Shown here one piece after another: positions 7,509 to 16,720 of a stretch of 64,000 nt of DNA. Position 1 is the first letter of the stretch. Each line of letters starts with the position of its first letter. Below the pieces are notes generated by a model. That model saw only the letters and a list, made by a program, of their open reading frames with translations. It had not been told where the DNA came from and ran no database searches. The DNA is from an uncultured Acidobacteriota bacterium (GTDB taxonomy: Bacteria > Acidobacteriota > Polarisedimenticolia > J045), in NCBI GenBank assembly GCA_963702425.1, contig CAVPCQ010000037.1:1-64000 (forward strand), given 5' to 3'. A program made the translations under genes and the position numbers.

Positions 7509-10336
7509 CACCGGTCGACTGGGGGCGCTTCGCGGAGAAGGTCCAGCTCGCGCTGGAGTCGTCGCTCGAGAGCCAGTACGAGCGCGGCACCTCGGGGCTG
7601 GAGGTCGAGTTCAACCTGCTCGACGCCGCGCTGCGGCCGCTCGGGCGGGTCGGCTTCGGCCCGGAGAGCCGCTCGTTCGCCGACCTGCTGCTCGAGGATC
7701 GGCTGCCGACCTGGCTGCGCAGCCGGACCCAGCTCGAGGTCTTCCACTGGATGATCGAGACCGCCACGCGCCCGTACTACTCGCCGCTCGGCGCGGCCTG
7801 GGAGGCGAAGGTCGTCGAAGGGGCGCTGGCCAACCTGCTGGCCGAGACCGGACTGTCGCTCGGCGAGCGGTTCTACGCGCTGCACGGCAACCTGCCGCGC
7901 GAGGTCGCGCCCGGCGAGGACAGCATCCCCGACGGTTGGAGCCTGGCCAAGAAGCGCTACCTGGCGCGCTGTGTCGCGCTGTTCGGCGGCCGGCTGGCAA
8001 CCGCCGGGATCCACACCAACCACTCGCTCCCGGAATCGCTGCTGGCCTGGGACTTCTTCCACCTGCCGCCCGCCGCGCGCCGCGCGCAGAGCCTCGAACA
8101 GTTCCGCAGCGAGGCGATGATCCGCGCCACGCGCCTGCTGCGCCCCTACTGCGCGCTCTTCATCGCCACCTCGGCCGCCTCGCCGCTGGCCTCCGAGCGG
8201 GTCGACGGGGTCGAGGAGATCGTCCTGACGCCGCTCGACTCGAACCGCCTGCTGACCTTTCCCAATCCCGAAGCGCTCGACGTCCCGTTCCTCTACGCCT
8301 CGCACAAGGACTACCTGTCGATCTCCGAGAGCCTGGTCCGGCGCGGCGTGCGCTTCGGCAGCAACAACTGGACCCCGGTCCGGGCCCGCTCGGACGTCGA
8401 TCCCGTCAACCGGATCCTCGGCACGACCTCCGAGCAGCTACGCGAGCTCTACCGGCGCGGGATCTTCTCGCCCGGCGAGCACGCCAGCCTGGAGGACGCG
8501 GAGCGCGCGCTGATCGTCGAGAACCTGGTCGCGCTGGTCGACCTGCCGATGACGCGCGTCGAGGTCCGCACCGACGAGGGGGGCGACGACCTGGACCTCG
8601 CGGTGGCGAAGGTCGTCTTCAAGGAGTTGCTGCTCTACCGGATCTACGCCGACCCCGGGTTCGGCGCCGACACCGCCTACGACTCGGCCGGCCTCGCGCG
8701 GGCCCGGGCCAACGAGGACGCGGCTGCGCACCGCGGGCTCGACGCGACACTCGAGCACCCGTTCGACGGCGGCCCGGTCGGCGCGCGCGCGTGGCTGGCG
8801 GCGACGCTCGACGAACTCGCCCCGCTGGCTGCGGCGCTCGAGCGGCGGCCGCTGCTGGAACCGCTCGCGGCGATGGCGGGCGGCGCACCCAACCCGGCCG
8901 GGGCGATGCGGGCCTGGCTGGGTGAGCGCAGCGCGGGGGAGCGGATCGCCCCCTCCGGGCGTCGCGTCGTCCCGCCCGCATTGCTCAAGGAGTGGTGCGA
9001 GGAGCGGCGGCGCCGGCTCGCAGCCGACGTCGCGACGATCGTCGCCCGCCCGCGCGCGCTCGGCGTCGAGGCCGCGAAGCTGGCCGAGGTGCTGGAGCCG
9101 CTCGAGGCGTGGGGCCGGCGCAACCCCTCACTGCCGGTTCGCCCGGCGGCGCCGGCCGCACCGCCCGCAATCGAGCTGGACGGCAGCCGGCGCGCCGAGG
9201 TGCTCGCGCTGTCGTCGGCGCTGGTGCGGATCCCCTCGGTGACGAACTGCGCCGCCGAGCGGCTCGACGAGGTGCTGCGCTGCGCGCGTTTCATCGGCGC
9301 GACGCTCGCCGAGGCCGGGCTCGAGGTGCGGGTCTGGGACACCGAGAAGTACCCCGCGGTGCTGGCCGGATTCCCGGGCGGTCTGCTCGCGCCGGTCACC
9401 CTCTCGGGGCACTTCGACGTCGTCGAGCCCGAGCCGGGGGACGTGCAGTTCGAGCCCTACGTCGAAGGGGACTACCTGTGGGGACGGGGCGCGGCCGACA
9501 TGAAGACCGTGGTCGCCAGCGACGTCGTCTGGATGCGGCGACGCCGCGCGGCGGGGCCGCCCTACCCGCCGGTCAATCTGCTGCTCGTCGGCAACGAGGA
9601 GAACGGCGAGACCGAGGCCTACGGCACGCCGCAGGTCCTGCACGATCTCCGGCGCGACGCGCACTGGTCGCCGGAGTTCATGGCGATGGGGGAGCGGACG
9701 GGCGAGCGCGGGGACGAGCGCTTCGGCCAGGTCTGCGTCGAGAACCGTGGCGTCGTGCGGCTGCGGCTGGTCGCGAAAGGGGAACGCGCGCATACCGGAT
9801 TCGCCGCGCGGCCGACCGACCTGCTCGCGCTGCTGGTCGAGGCGCGGCAGCGGCTGGGCGCGATGCTGCCACGCTACCTGACGCTCGAGGCCGCGGGGCC
9901 GTGGAAGAGCTCGGCCGTCTTCCCGTTCCTCGAGGTCGGGCAGAAGGGGGTCTACAACATCACCCCCGACGAGGGGGTGCTCGGGCTCGAGATCCGGCCG
10001 GTTCCCGGGGACGACGTCGCGGCGCTGACGGCTGCGACCGAGGAACTCTGCAACGAGCTCGGGCTCGCGCTGGTGCGCGAGGTCGTCGAAGGGGGCGTGG
10101 CCTGCCCGCCGGGGAACCCCCACCTCAACCGGCTGCTCGCCGCGGTCGAGCGGTCCTCGGGGGCGCCGGCCGAGGTCGGGCGGAAGCTGGCCGGCACCTC
10201 GGCCCGCTTCGCGCCCGGCGGCGCCGCCGTCGTCTGGGGCCAGTCGGGGATCGGGCCCCACTCGCGGGCCGAGCGCCACTTCATCCCGAGCATCGAGCCC
10301 TACCTGGACGTGCTCGACGCCTGGTTCCCGCGCTGA
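7505..10336 (+). CDS. Fusion of a glutamate--cysteine-ligase-like (GCS2/carboxylate-amine ligase) domain and an M20 (ArgE/DapE-like) metallo-amidohydrolase
   Basis: ATGA overlap with the aminotransferase. N-half GLEVEFN, MIETAT, AGIHTNH, RVEVRTDE. C-half GHFDVV, GRGAADMK, GNEENG, GERTG, GPHS. One continuous 943-aa frame. Confidence 0.8.
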   Translation: MTPVDWGRFAEKVQLALESSLESQYERGTSGLEVEFNLLDAALRPLGRVGFGPESRSFADLLLEDRLPTWLRSRTQLEVFHWMIETATRPYYSPLGAAWEAKVVEGALANLLAETGLSLGERFYALHGNLPREVAPGEDSIPDGWSLAKKRYLARCVALFGGRLATAGIHTNHSLPESLLAWDFFHLPPAARRAQSLEQFRSEAMIRATRLLRPYCALFIATSAASPLASERVDGVEEIVLTPLDSNRLLTFPNPEALDVPFLYASHKDYLSISESLVRRGVRFGSNNWTPVRARSDVDPVNRILGTTSEQLRELYRRGIFSPGEHASLEDAERALIVENLVALVDLPMTRVEVRTDEGGDDLDLAVAKVVFKELLLYRIYADPGFGADTAYDSAGLARARANEDAAAHRGLDATLEHPFDGGPVGARAWLAATLDELAPLAAALERRPLLEPLAAMAGGAPNPAGAMRAWLGERSAGERIAPSGRRVVPPALLKEWCEERRRRLAADVATIVARPRALGVEAAKLAEVLEPLEAWGRRNPSLPVRPAAPAAPPAIELDGSRRAEVLALSSALVRIPSVTNCAAERLDEVLRCARFIGATLAEAGLEVRVWDTEKYPAVLAGFPGGLLAPVTLSGHFDVVEPEPGDVQFEPYVEGDYLWGRGAADMKTVVASDVVWMRRRRAAGPPYPPVNLLLVGNEENGETEAYGTPQVLHDLRRDAHWSPEFMAMGERTGERGDERFGQVCVENRGVVRLRLVAKGERAHTGFAARPTDLLALLVEARQRLGAMLPRYLTLEAAGPWKSSAVFPFLEVGQKGVYNITPDEGVLGLEIRPVPGDDVAALTAATEELCNELGLALVREVVEGGVACPPGNPHLNRLLAAVERSSGAPAEVGRKLAGTSARFAPGGAAVVWGQSGIGPHSRAERHFIPSIEPYLDVLDAWFPR

Positions 10337-10459
10337 CCGCGGCGCCCTGGGTAGGCCCGGCAAACAAACTCAGGTAACGACGCTTTTTCGTAAGTAAGTC
10401 TGCAGGGCCCTGTCCTACACTCGGTTCGGCGCACCCCCCCCGCGCCAAGCGAGATCCCC

Positions 10460-12172
10460 ATGCAGAGGGTCCATCACGACGTCCTGATCCTGGGCGCCGG
10501 CTTGGCCGGCCTGCGGGCGGCGGTCGAGATCTCCCGCCGCCTGCCCGGCAAGGTCGACATCGGCATCGTTTCCAAGGTGCAGCTCATGCGCGCCCACTCG
10601 GTCTGCGCCGAGGGGGGGACGGCCGCGGTCTTGCGCACCGACGAGGGGGACAACCTCGAGTTGCACGCCTGGGACACGGTGAAGGGGTCGGACTTCCTGG
10701 CCGACCAGGACGTGGTCCGGCGCTTCGTCGAGGCGATGCCGCGCGAGATCTGGCAGCTCGACCACTGGGGGATCCCGTGGACGCGCGACGCCGCCGGCCG
10801 GATCGATCAGCGGCCGTTCGGCGGCCACTCCTACCCGCGCGCCACGCTGGCCGCGGACAAGACCGGCTTCTTCGAGATGCAGACGCTCTACGACACGCTG
10901 CTCAAGTACCGGAGCTTCGCGCGCTACGACGAGCTGTTCATCACCGAGATCGTAGTCGAGGACGGACGCTTCGCCGGGCTGGTCGGGATCCACGCGCCGA
11001 GCGGGGAGACGATCCTGCTCTCCGGCAAGGCGCTGCTGATCGCCTCGGGCGGCGGCGGCACCCTCTACGGCTTCACGACCTACTCGCAGACGGTGACCGG
11101 CGACGGGATGGCGATGGCCTTCCGCGCCGGCCTGCCGCTGGAGGACATGGAGTTCCTGCAGTTCCACCCGACCGGCCTCGTTCCCTCCGGGATCCTGATG
11201 ACCGAGGGCTGCCGCGGGGAAGGGGGCTACCTCAAGAACGTCAAGGGCGAGCGGTTCATGAGCGAGTACGCCGCCTCGAAGATGGAACTCGCCCCGCGCG
11301 ACATGGTCTCGCGCGCCGAGATGACCGAGATCGAGGCCGGCCGCGGCTTCCCGCACCCGAGCGGCCTCGAGTACCTCGAGCTGGACCTGACCCACCTCGG
11401 AGCGGATCAGATCAACAAGCGGCTGCCGCTGATCCGCGAGGTGGCGATCAAGTTCGTCGACATCGACCCGATCACGAAGGCGATCCCGATCCGCCCGGTG
11501 GCGCACTACTCGATGGGCGGGATCGAGACCGACATCAAGGGGGCGACGCGCGTGCCCGGGATCTGGGCCGCGGGCGAGGCGGCCTGCGTCTCGCTGCACG
11601 GCGCCAACCGGCTCGGCTCGAACTCGACCGCCGAGTGCCTGGTCTGGGGCGGGATCGCCGGGGGCGAGATCGCGGACCAGCTGGCCGGACTGAGGTCGGC
11701 GCCCGCCGTGTCGGACAGGCGGCTGGCGGAGGCCGAGGCGCGGCTGAGCGAGCCGCTCGAGCGCAAGGGGGACGAGGACCTCTACGCGCTGCGCCACGAG
11801 CTGCGCGCGACGATGGACCGCGACGTCGGCGTCTTCCGCACGGGCGAGCAGCTCGCGAGCGCGCTCCGGGTGGTCCGCTCGATCAAGGAGCGGGCGCGCC
11901 GCGCGCCGGTCAGGGACCGGGTGAAGGTCTACAACTCGAACCTCTTCCACGCCTTCGAGCTGGACAACCTGGCCCTCCTGGCGGAGGTCACGGTGATGGG
12001 GGCGCTGGCCCGGGAGGAGTCGCGCGGGGCCCATGCGCGGCGCGACTTCCCGACGCGTGACGACGAGAAGTGGCTCAAGCATACGCTGGCCTTCGAGACC
12101 GGCGCCGCGCCGCGCCTCGACACCAAGCCGGTGACGGCCGACATGTGGAAACCGGTCGAGCGGAAGTACTGA
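10460..12172 (+). CDS. sdhA: Succinate dehydrogenase/fumarate reductase flavoprotein subunit
   Basis: GAGLAG, RAHSVCAEGG (FAD His), QFHPTG, ELAPRD, HYSMGG, HGANRLGSNS, ESRGAH. Confidence 0.96.
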   Translation: MQRVHHDVLILGAGLAGLRAAVEISRRLPGKVDIGIVSKVQLMRAHSVCAEGGTAAVLRTDEGDNLELHAWDTVKGSDFLADQDVVRRFVEAMPREIWQLDHWGIPWTRDAAGRIDQRPFGGHSYPRATLAADKTGFFEMQTLYDTLLKYRSFARYDELFITEIVVEDGRFAGLVGIHAPSGETILLSGKALLIASGGGGTLYGFTTYSQTVTGDGMAMAFRAGLPLEDMEFLQFHPTGLVPSGILMTEGCRGEGGYLKNVKGERFMSEYAASKMELAPRDMVSRAEMTEIEAGRGFPHPSGLEYLELDLTHLGADQINKRLPLIREVAIKFVDIDPITKAIPIRPVAHYSMGGIETDIKGATRVPGIWAAGEAACVSLHGANRLGSNSTAECLVWGGIAGGEIADQLAGLRSAPAVSDRRLAEAEARLSEPLERKGDEDLYALRHELRATMDRDVGVFRTGEQLASALRVVRSIKERARRAPVRDRVKVYNSNLFHAFELDNLALLAEVTVMGALAREESRGAHARRDFPTRDDEKWLKHTLAFETGAAPRLDTKPVTADMWKPVERKY

Positions 12173-12186
12173 GCGGGAGAACGGCG

Positions 12187-12627
12187 ATGACGAACGGGAC
12201 TTCGCAACCGAACCATCTCGGAATCTGGGGCTGGCTGGGCGGCGGGCGCTGGGGTTGGGAGCGCTACCTCTACACGCTGCAGCGGCTGTCCGGGCTGGCG
12301 CTCCTCCTCTACTTCGTCCTGCACATCATGGTCACCTCCTCGCGGGCCTTCGGCGAATCGGCGTGGGCGAAGGCGATGGGGGCGGTGACCGGGCCGCTGT
12401 TCACCATCGGCGAGTACCTGGTCTTCGCGGCCTTCGCCTACCACGCGGCGAACGGGCTGCGGCTGGTCGTCGTCGAGCTGGGGTGGGGAGTCGGCCGGCC
12501 GATCGAGCCGATCTACCCGTACAAGACCTCGGTCGACGGCCAGAAGCCGTGGGCGCTGCTCGCGATGGCGGCCGCCGGGGTGCTGCTGGTCTGGGGCGCG
12601 GTCGACTTCTTCGTGATCCACAACTGA
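12187..12627 (+). CDS. sdhC: Succinate dehydrogenase cytochrome b subunit
   Basis: Three TM helices; LQRLSG, VLHIM, YHAANGLR; operon position. Confidence 0.88.
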   Translation: MTNGTSQPNHLGIWGWLGGGRWGWERYLYTLQRLSGLALLLYFVLHIMVTSSRAFGESAWAKAMGAVTGPLFTIGEYLVFAAFAYHAANGLRLVVVELGWGVGRPIEPIYPYKTSVDGQKPWALLAMAAAGVLLVWGAVDFFVIHN

Positions 12628-12644
12628 GCGAGGCGGGTGACGCG

Positions 12645-13025
12645 ATGAAAGAGCGCGGACTCTGGTTCCTCTTCCTGACGGCGGGCCTGGTGGTGCTGCC
12701 GCTGCTGGCCCTGCACATGGCCGTGATGCACCTCGACGGCACGCTCGCCGTCGGCAACCCCGCGGGCGGCCACCCCGTCGACTGGGCCAACGTCGTGGCC
12801 CGCGGCCGCTCCGCGGCCTTCGCCTTCACCTACCCGCTGCTGCTCGGGGCCGCGCTGTTCCACGGCTTCTACGGGCTGCGCTCGATCCTCTTCGAGCTCG
12901 GCCCGGCGGCGGGCCTCAAGAAGGCGATCAGCACACTCCTGCTGCTGGCCGGGCTGGCGCTGTTCGTCTACGGCAGCTGGGCCGCGATCGTCGCCCACAA
13001 CGCTGCGCTGCGGGGGACGCCATGA
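12645..13025 (+). CDS. sdhD: Succinate dehydrogenase membrane anchor subunit
   Basis: Three TM helices; LALHM, FHGFYGLR; operon position. Confidence 0.85.
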   Translation: MKERGLWFLFLTAGLVVLPLLALHMAVMHLDGTLAVGNPAGGHPVDWANVVARGRSAAFAFTYPLLLGAALFHGFYGLRSILFELGPAAGLKKAISTLLLLAGLALFVYGSWAAIVAHNAALRGTP

Positions 13026-13843
13026 GCGCGACGACGACGGTCACCTTCCGCGTGCGGCGCTTCACGCCGGGCGTCGATCCGGCGCCGCGCTGGCAGGACT
13101 ACACCTTCGAGGTCGAGTCCGGGCTGACCGTCCTCGACGGCCTGTGGCGGATCAAGGAGCAGCACGAGCCGGGCCTCGCCTGGCGCTTCTCCTGCCGGAT
13201 GGGAATCTGCGGCTCGTGCGGGATGATGATCAACGGTCGGCCGCGCCTGGCCTGCAACACGCAGATCGCGGAGCTGGAGTCGAGCCTGGTCACGGTCGCG
13301 CCGCTCCCGAACTTCGCCATCCTGCGCGACCTGGTCCCCGACCTGCAGTCGATGTTCGCCTCGCATCGCGCGCTCGCCCCCTGGATCATCCGCGACGACG
13401 GGACCGAGAGCGAGCAGCCGACCGCCGAGTACTGGCAGTCGCCGCACGAGCTCGAGCAGTACCTGCAGTTCTCCTATTGCATCAAGTGCGGCTGCTGCAT
13501 GGCCGCCTGCCCGACGCTGGCGACCGACCCGGCCTACTCCGGCCCGCAGCCGCTGGCCCAGGCCCACCGCTACAACACCGACACGCGCGATGCCGGGTTC
13601 GGCGCGCGCCGCGCGGTCCTGTCGGGCGAGGCCGGGCCGTGGGGCTGCCACTTCGCAGGGGAGTGCTCGCAGGTCTGCCCCAAGGGGGTCGACCCGGCTC
13701 GCGCGATCCAACTGATGAAGCGCCAGCTCGTGCTCGATCTGCTCCACCTGCGGCGCGGACACACCCCGGCGCCGCTGGCGACGATCCCGAAGGAGTTCAA
13801 GCGGCGCGAGGGGGTTCCCGACGCGCCGCCCCGGACGCTCTGA
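13022..13843 (+). CDS. sdhB: Succinate dehydrogenase Fe-S subunit
   Basis: SCRMGICGSC..LAC, CIKCGCC..CP, CHFAGECSQVCP. Confidence 0.95.
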   Translation: MSATTTVTFRVRRFTPGVDPAPRWQDYTFEVESGLTVLDGLWRIKEQHEPGLAWRFSCRMGICGSCGMMINGRPRLACNTQIAELESSLVTVAPLPNFAILRDLVPDLQSMFASHRALAPWIIRDDGTESEQPTAEYWQSPHELEQYLQFSYCIKCGCCMAACPTLATDPAYSGPQPLAQAHRYNTDTRDAGFGARRAVLSGEAGPWGCHFAGECSQVCPKGVDPARAIQLMKRQLVLDLLHLRRGHTPAPLATIPKEFKRREGVPDAPPRTL

Positions 13844-13877
13844 GCGGCCGGCCTTGTGGCGTGAGGTTGCCGCGGCC

Positions 13878-14513
13878 TCAGAAGCGGAAGCCGAGCATCA
13901 GCGGAATGTACTGCGTCGAGCCCCCGTCGTTGTCGACCCAGTGGTAGCGCGCCTCGATGTAGAACTCCGAGGCCCGGGACAGCGGGAAGTAGACGCCGCC
14001 GCCGGCGTTCAGGCCCCAGGCACCGTCGCTGTAGCTGCCGACGACCCTGTCCACCGGGACCAGGACCGGGTAGCAGATCCCCCACCACGGGTCGCAGATC
14101 GTGACGAGCCCGGCGCTCGGATCGGTCAGTTGGAGCTCGCGCTCGTAGTAGCCGACGCCGCCGATCAGGTAGTAGCCCCAGGTGCGTGAGACCCGCCGGT
14201 TCCACTCGAGGTTCGCGGTGATCGACCAGACGCTCGCGTTGGCGCCGCCGACCTTGAACTGATCCAGGATCTCGCTCTTGGGGTCGAACTCGTTCCACTG
14301 GAACTCGAAGCGCAGCCCGACCGGCCACTGCTCCGGCGCGTAGCGCAGGCCGGCCGCAAAGGCGATGTTGCCGCTGACCTTGTCGGCTGCCGTGCCGAGC
14401 GGCCAGCTGTAGCCGAGAGCGAAGTTCCCGCCCCACGGGGACTGCGCGGCGGCGGTGCCGACGCCGAGGCAGGCGAGGGCCATCGCGGTGACGAGGATGC
14501 GCTTGACGGTCAT
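13878..14513 (-). CDS. Outer-membrane beta-barrel protein (OmpA/OmpW-like)
   Basis: Signal peptide, alternating beta strands, C-terminal LGFRF; Cys pair in a loop (ICDPWWGICY). Confidence 0.8.
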   Translation of the reverse strand: MTVKRILVTAMALACLGVGTAAAQSPWGGNFALGYSWPLGTAADKVSGNIAFAAGLRYAPEQWPVGLRFEFQWNEFDPKSEILDQFKVGGANASVWSITANLEWNRRVSRTWGYYLIGGVGYYERELQLTDPSAGLVTICDPWWGICYPVLVPVDRVVGSYSDGAWGLNAGGGVYFPLSRASEFYIEARYHWVDNDGGSTQYIPLMLGFRF

Positions 14514-14635
14514 CGAATCGCTCCTTGCTCGAACGCGAACCCCGGAGCTCCGCCGGGCCGGTTCGGACGGAGCATGCTAGCCACTGCGGGCGTTTTGACA
14601 AGCGGAGAGGTCCGTTCCGGCCGGACCGCGGGCAA

Positions 14636-14664
14636 TTGACAGTCCTCCAGCACGGATCCACAAT
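14636..14664 (+). promoter_or_regulatory. Sigma70-like promoter TTGACA-N17-CACAAT
   Basis: Consensus -35, 17-bp spacer, upstream of the AGGAG RBS and ATG at 14716. Confidence 0.55.
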
Positions 14665-14715
14665 CGGCCGGCCGAGGAGTCCACCGGATCCCCGTCGCCA
14701 CGGAAGGAGAATCTC

Positions 14716-15303
14716 ATGCATTCGAGGAAGGTCCTGTTGATCGTGCTCGTGGCCCTCGTGGCGCTGGCCGGGGTGGCCGTGGCCGAGAGCCCGAAGAAGA
14801 TCGCCGAGTATCGCGGCGTCGCCGCCAACACGAGCGACTGGGGTGCCCAGGGAATCGTGCCGATCACGTTCGAGATCTACTATTGGACCAGCCAGGACAC
14901 GATGAACCAGCTCGGCGAGACGCTCGCCAAGGGCGGTCCCAACGCGCTGCTGCTGGCGCTGCAGAAGATCGACAATCCCGCCGGCTACATGCGGACCCCG
15001 GAGTCGCTCGCGATCAAGCTCCGGACCGTGACCAAGACCCAGCTTCCGGACGGGAGCGTCAACATCGCGATGCTGACCGACCGGGTCATGAGCGCGGTCG
15101 CGAAGATGGGAGGCTCCCAGGTCACGAACTACCCGTTCGAGCTGATCCAGCTCGTGATCCCGGCCTCCGGCAAGGACGGCAAGGGGAAGATCCTGCGCCA
15201 GGCGAACATGATCTACAACCCGAAGACCGGGGGCTTCACGGTGGAGGAATGGGCCAACCAGCCGACGATCGTCAACGAGATCCGCGCCGAGAACGTGAAC
15301 TGA
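14716..15303 (+). CDS. Exported hypothetical protein
   Basis: AAGGAG RBS, Sec signal peptide ending AVA-E, codon usage typical of a real gene. Confidence 0.8.
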   Translation: MHSRKVLLIVLVALVALAGVAVAESPKKIAEYRGVAANTSDWGAQGIVPITFEIYYWTSQDTMNQLGETLAKGGPNALLLALQKIDNPAGYMRTPESLAIKLRTVTKTQLPDGSVNIAMLTDRVMSAVAKMGGSQVTNYPFELIQLVIPASGKDGKGKILRQANMIYNPKTGGFTVEEWANQPTIVNEIRAENVN

Positions 15304-15378
15304 CCGAGCCGGCCGCGCCGCCGGGGGCCGGCCCAGACCCTCGGCGCGCCGCCACCCGTCCGAGATGAGGTCGCGCTG

Positions 15379-15669
15379 GTGCTGCCGCGAAAGCTCGTTG
15401 CGCTCGCGTACGGCGCCGTCTGCCATCTCCTCTGGTGCTCGGCGATCGCCCTGATGGCGGTCTCGCTGTTCGGCGGGATGCAGGTCGGGCTCGCCGTCTC
15501 GTCGGCGCTCTTCGGGCTCTCCTGGCTGTTCCTGGTGACGGGGTGGAGCCTCTACTGCTCCTTCGGCCCGCGGCTGAAGGAAGCCCGCTACCTCGCGCGA
15601 TACGGTGACGAATTCCGTCGCTACCAGCAGACCGTGAGCTACTGGGTCCCGCGGCGCTGGGGCACGTGA
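15379..15669 (+). pseudogene. Internally deleted isoprenylcysteine-carboxylmethyltransferase/MddA-like membrane gene
   Basis: The N-terminus (LAYGAVCHLL) is joined closely to an ICMT-like C-terminus (GPRLKEARYLARYGDEFRRYQQTVSYWVP); only 96 aa. Confidence 0.5.
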
Positions 15670-16583
15670 CCCAGCTTCCCGCGGCCGCGCCGCGGGGGCG
15701 CCTCCTGCTCGCGTTTGCGGCGATCTACGTCGTCTGGGGCTCGACCTACCTCGCGATCCGCTTCGCGATCGAGACGATCCCGCCCTTCTTCGTCGCCGGG
15801 TCGCGGCACCTCGTTGCGGGCACGCTCCTCTACGCCTGGGCGCGCGGACGGGGCGCGGCCCCGCCGACGCGCGCCGAGTGGCTCACCGCGGCGGGTCTCG
15901 GTGCGCTGATGCTGCTCGGGGGCAACGGCGCGGTGACCTGGTCCGAGCAGCGCGTTCCGTCGGGGCTGGCGGCGGTGATCGTCGCCACGGTTCCGCTCTG
16001 GATGGTGCTGCTGGAGGGGAAGCGGCCGACGCGGCGGGTGGTATTCGGGCTCGGGCTGGGGCTGGCCGGGATCGGCCTGCTCGTCGGGCCGGGCGAGATC
16101 GCCGGGGTCGGGCGCGTCGATCCGCTTGGCGCGCTGGTCCTGGTCGGCGGTTCGCTGAGCTGGGCGATCGGTTCGCTGCGCGGGCGGAAGGCGCGGCTGC
16201 CGGCGTCGCCGCAGGTCTCGACCGCGGCCCAAATGCTGACCGGCGGGGGGCTGCTCCTCCTCCTCGGGCTGGCGACGGGTGAGGCGCCGCGCCTCGCCGC
16301 CGCCGCGGTCAGTTCGCGCTCGCTGCTCTCCGTGGCCTACCTCGTCGTCTTCGGCTCGCTGATCGGCTTCTCGGCCTACGTCTGGCTGATGCGCGTTTCG
16401 ACCCCCGCGCGCGTCGCGACCTACGCCTACGTCAACCCGGTCGTCGCGGTGGCGCTGGGCGCGGCCTTCGGCGGCGAGCCGCTGACGGCGCGCACGCTCC
16501 TCGCCTCGGCGGTCATCGTCCTCGCCGTGATCGCGATCGTCGGTACCCCGCGCTCGGCGAACGCCGCGCACCCCGGCGAGTAA
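15666..16583 (+). CDS. EamA/DMT transporter (YedA-like)
   Basis: IYVVWGSTYLAIR, about 10 TM helices, TYAYVNPVVAV. Confidence 0.9.
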   Translation: MTQLPAAAPRGRLLLAFAAIYVVWGSTYLAIRFAIETIPPFFVAGSRHLVAGTLLYAWARGRGAAPPTRAEWLTAAGLGALMLLGGNGAVTWSEQRVPSGLAAVIVATVPLWMVLLEGKRPTRRVVFGLGLGLAGIGLLVGPGEIAGVGRVDPLGALVLVGGSLSWAIGSLRGRKARLPASPQVSTAAQMLTGGGLLLLLGLATGEAPRLAAAAVSSRSLLSVAYLVVFGSLIGFSAYVWLMRVSTPARVATYAYVNPVVAVALGAAFGGEPLTARTLLASAVIVLAVIAIVGTPRSANAAHPGE

Positions 16584-16720
16584 GCACCGATCGCGCACCT
16601 CGATCGACCGCTGGCCGCGCGCCGCCGCGGCCGGGCTTCACTTCCGTGCAGCAGCGACGCAAAGTCCCGGCAGCGGCGCGTGGCCCGTTCCCCCTCCGCC
16701 GCCGCGGCTCGGGAGGCCCG

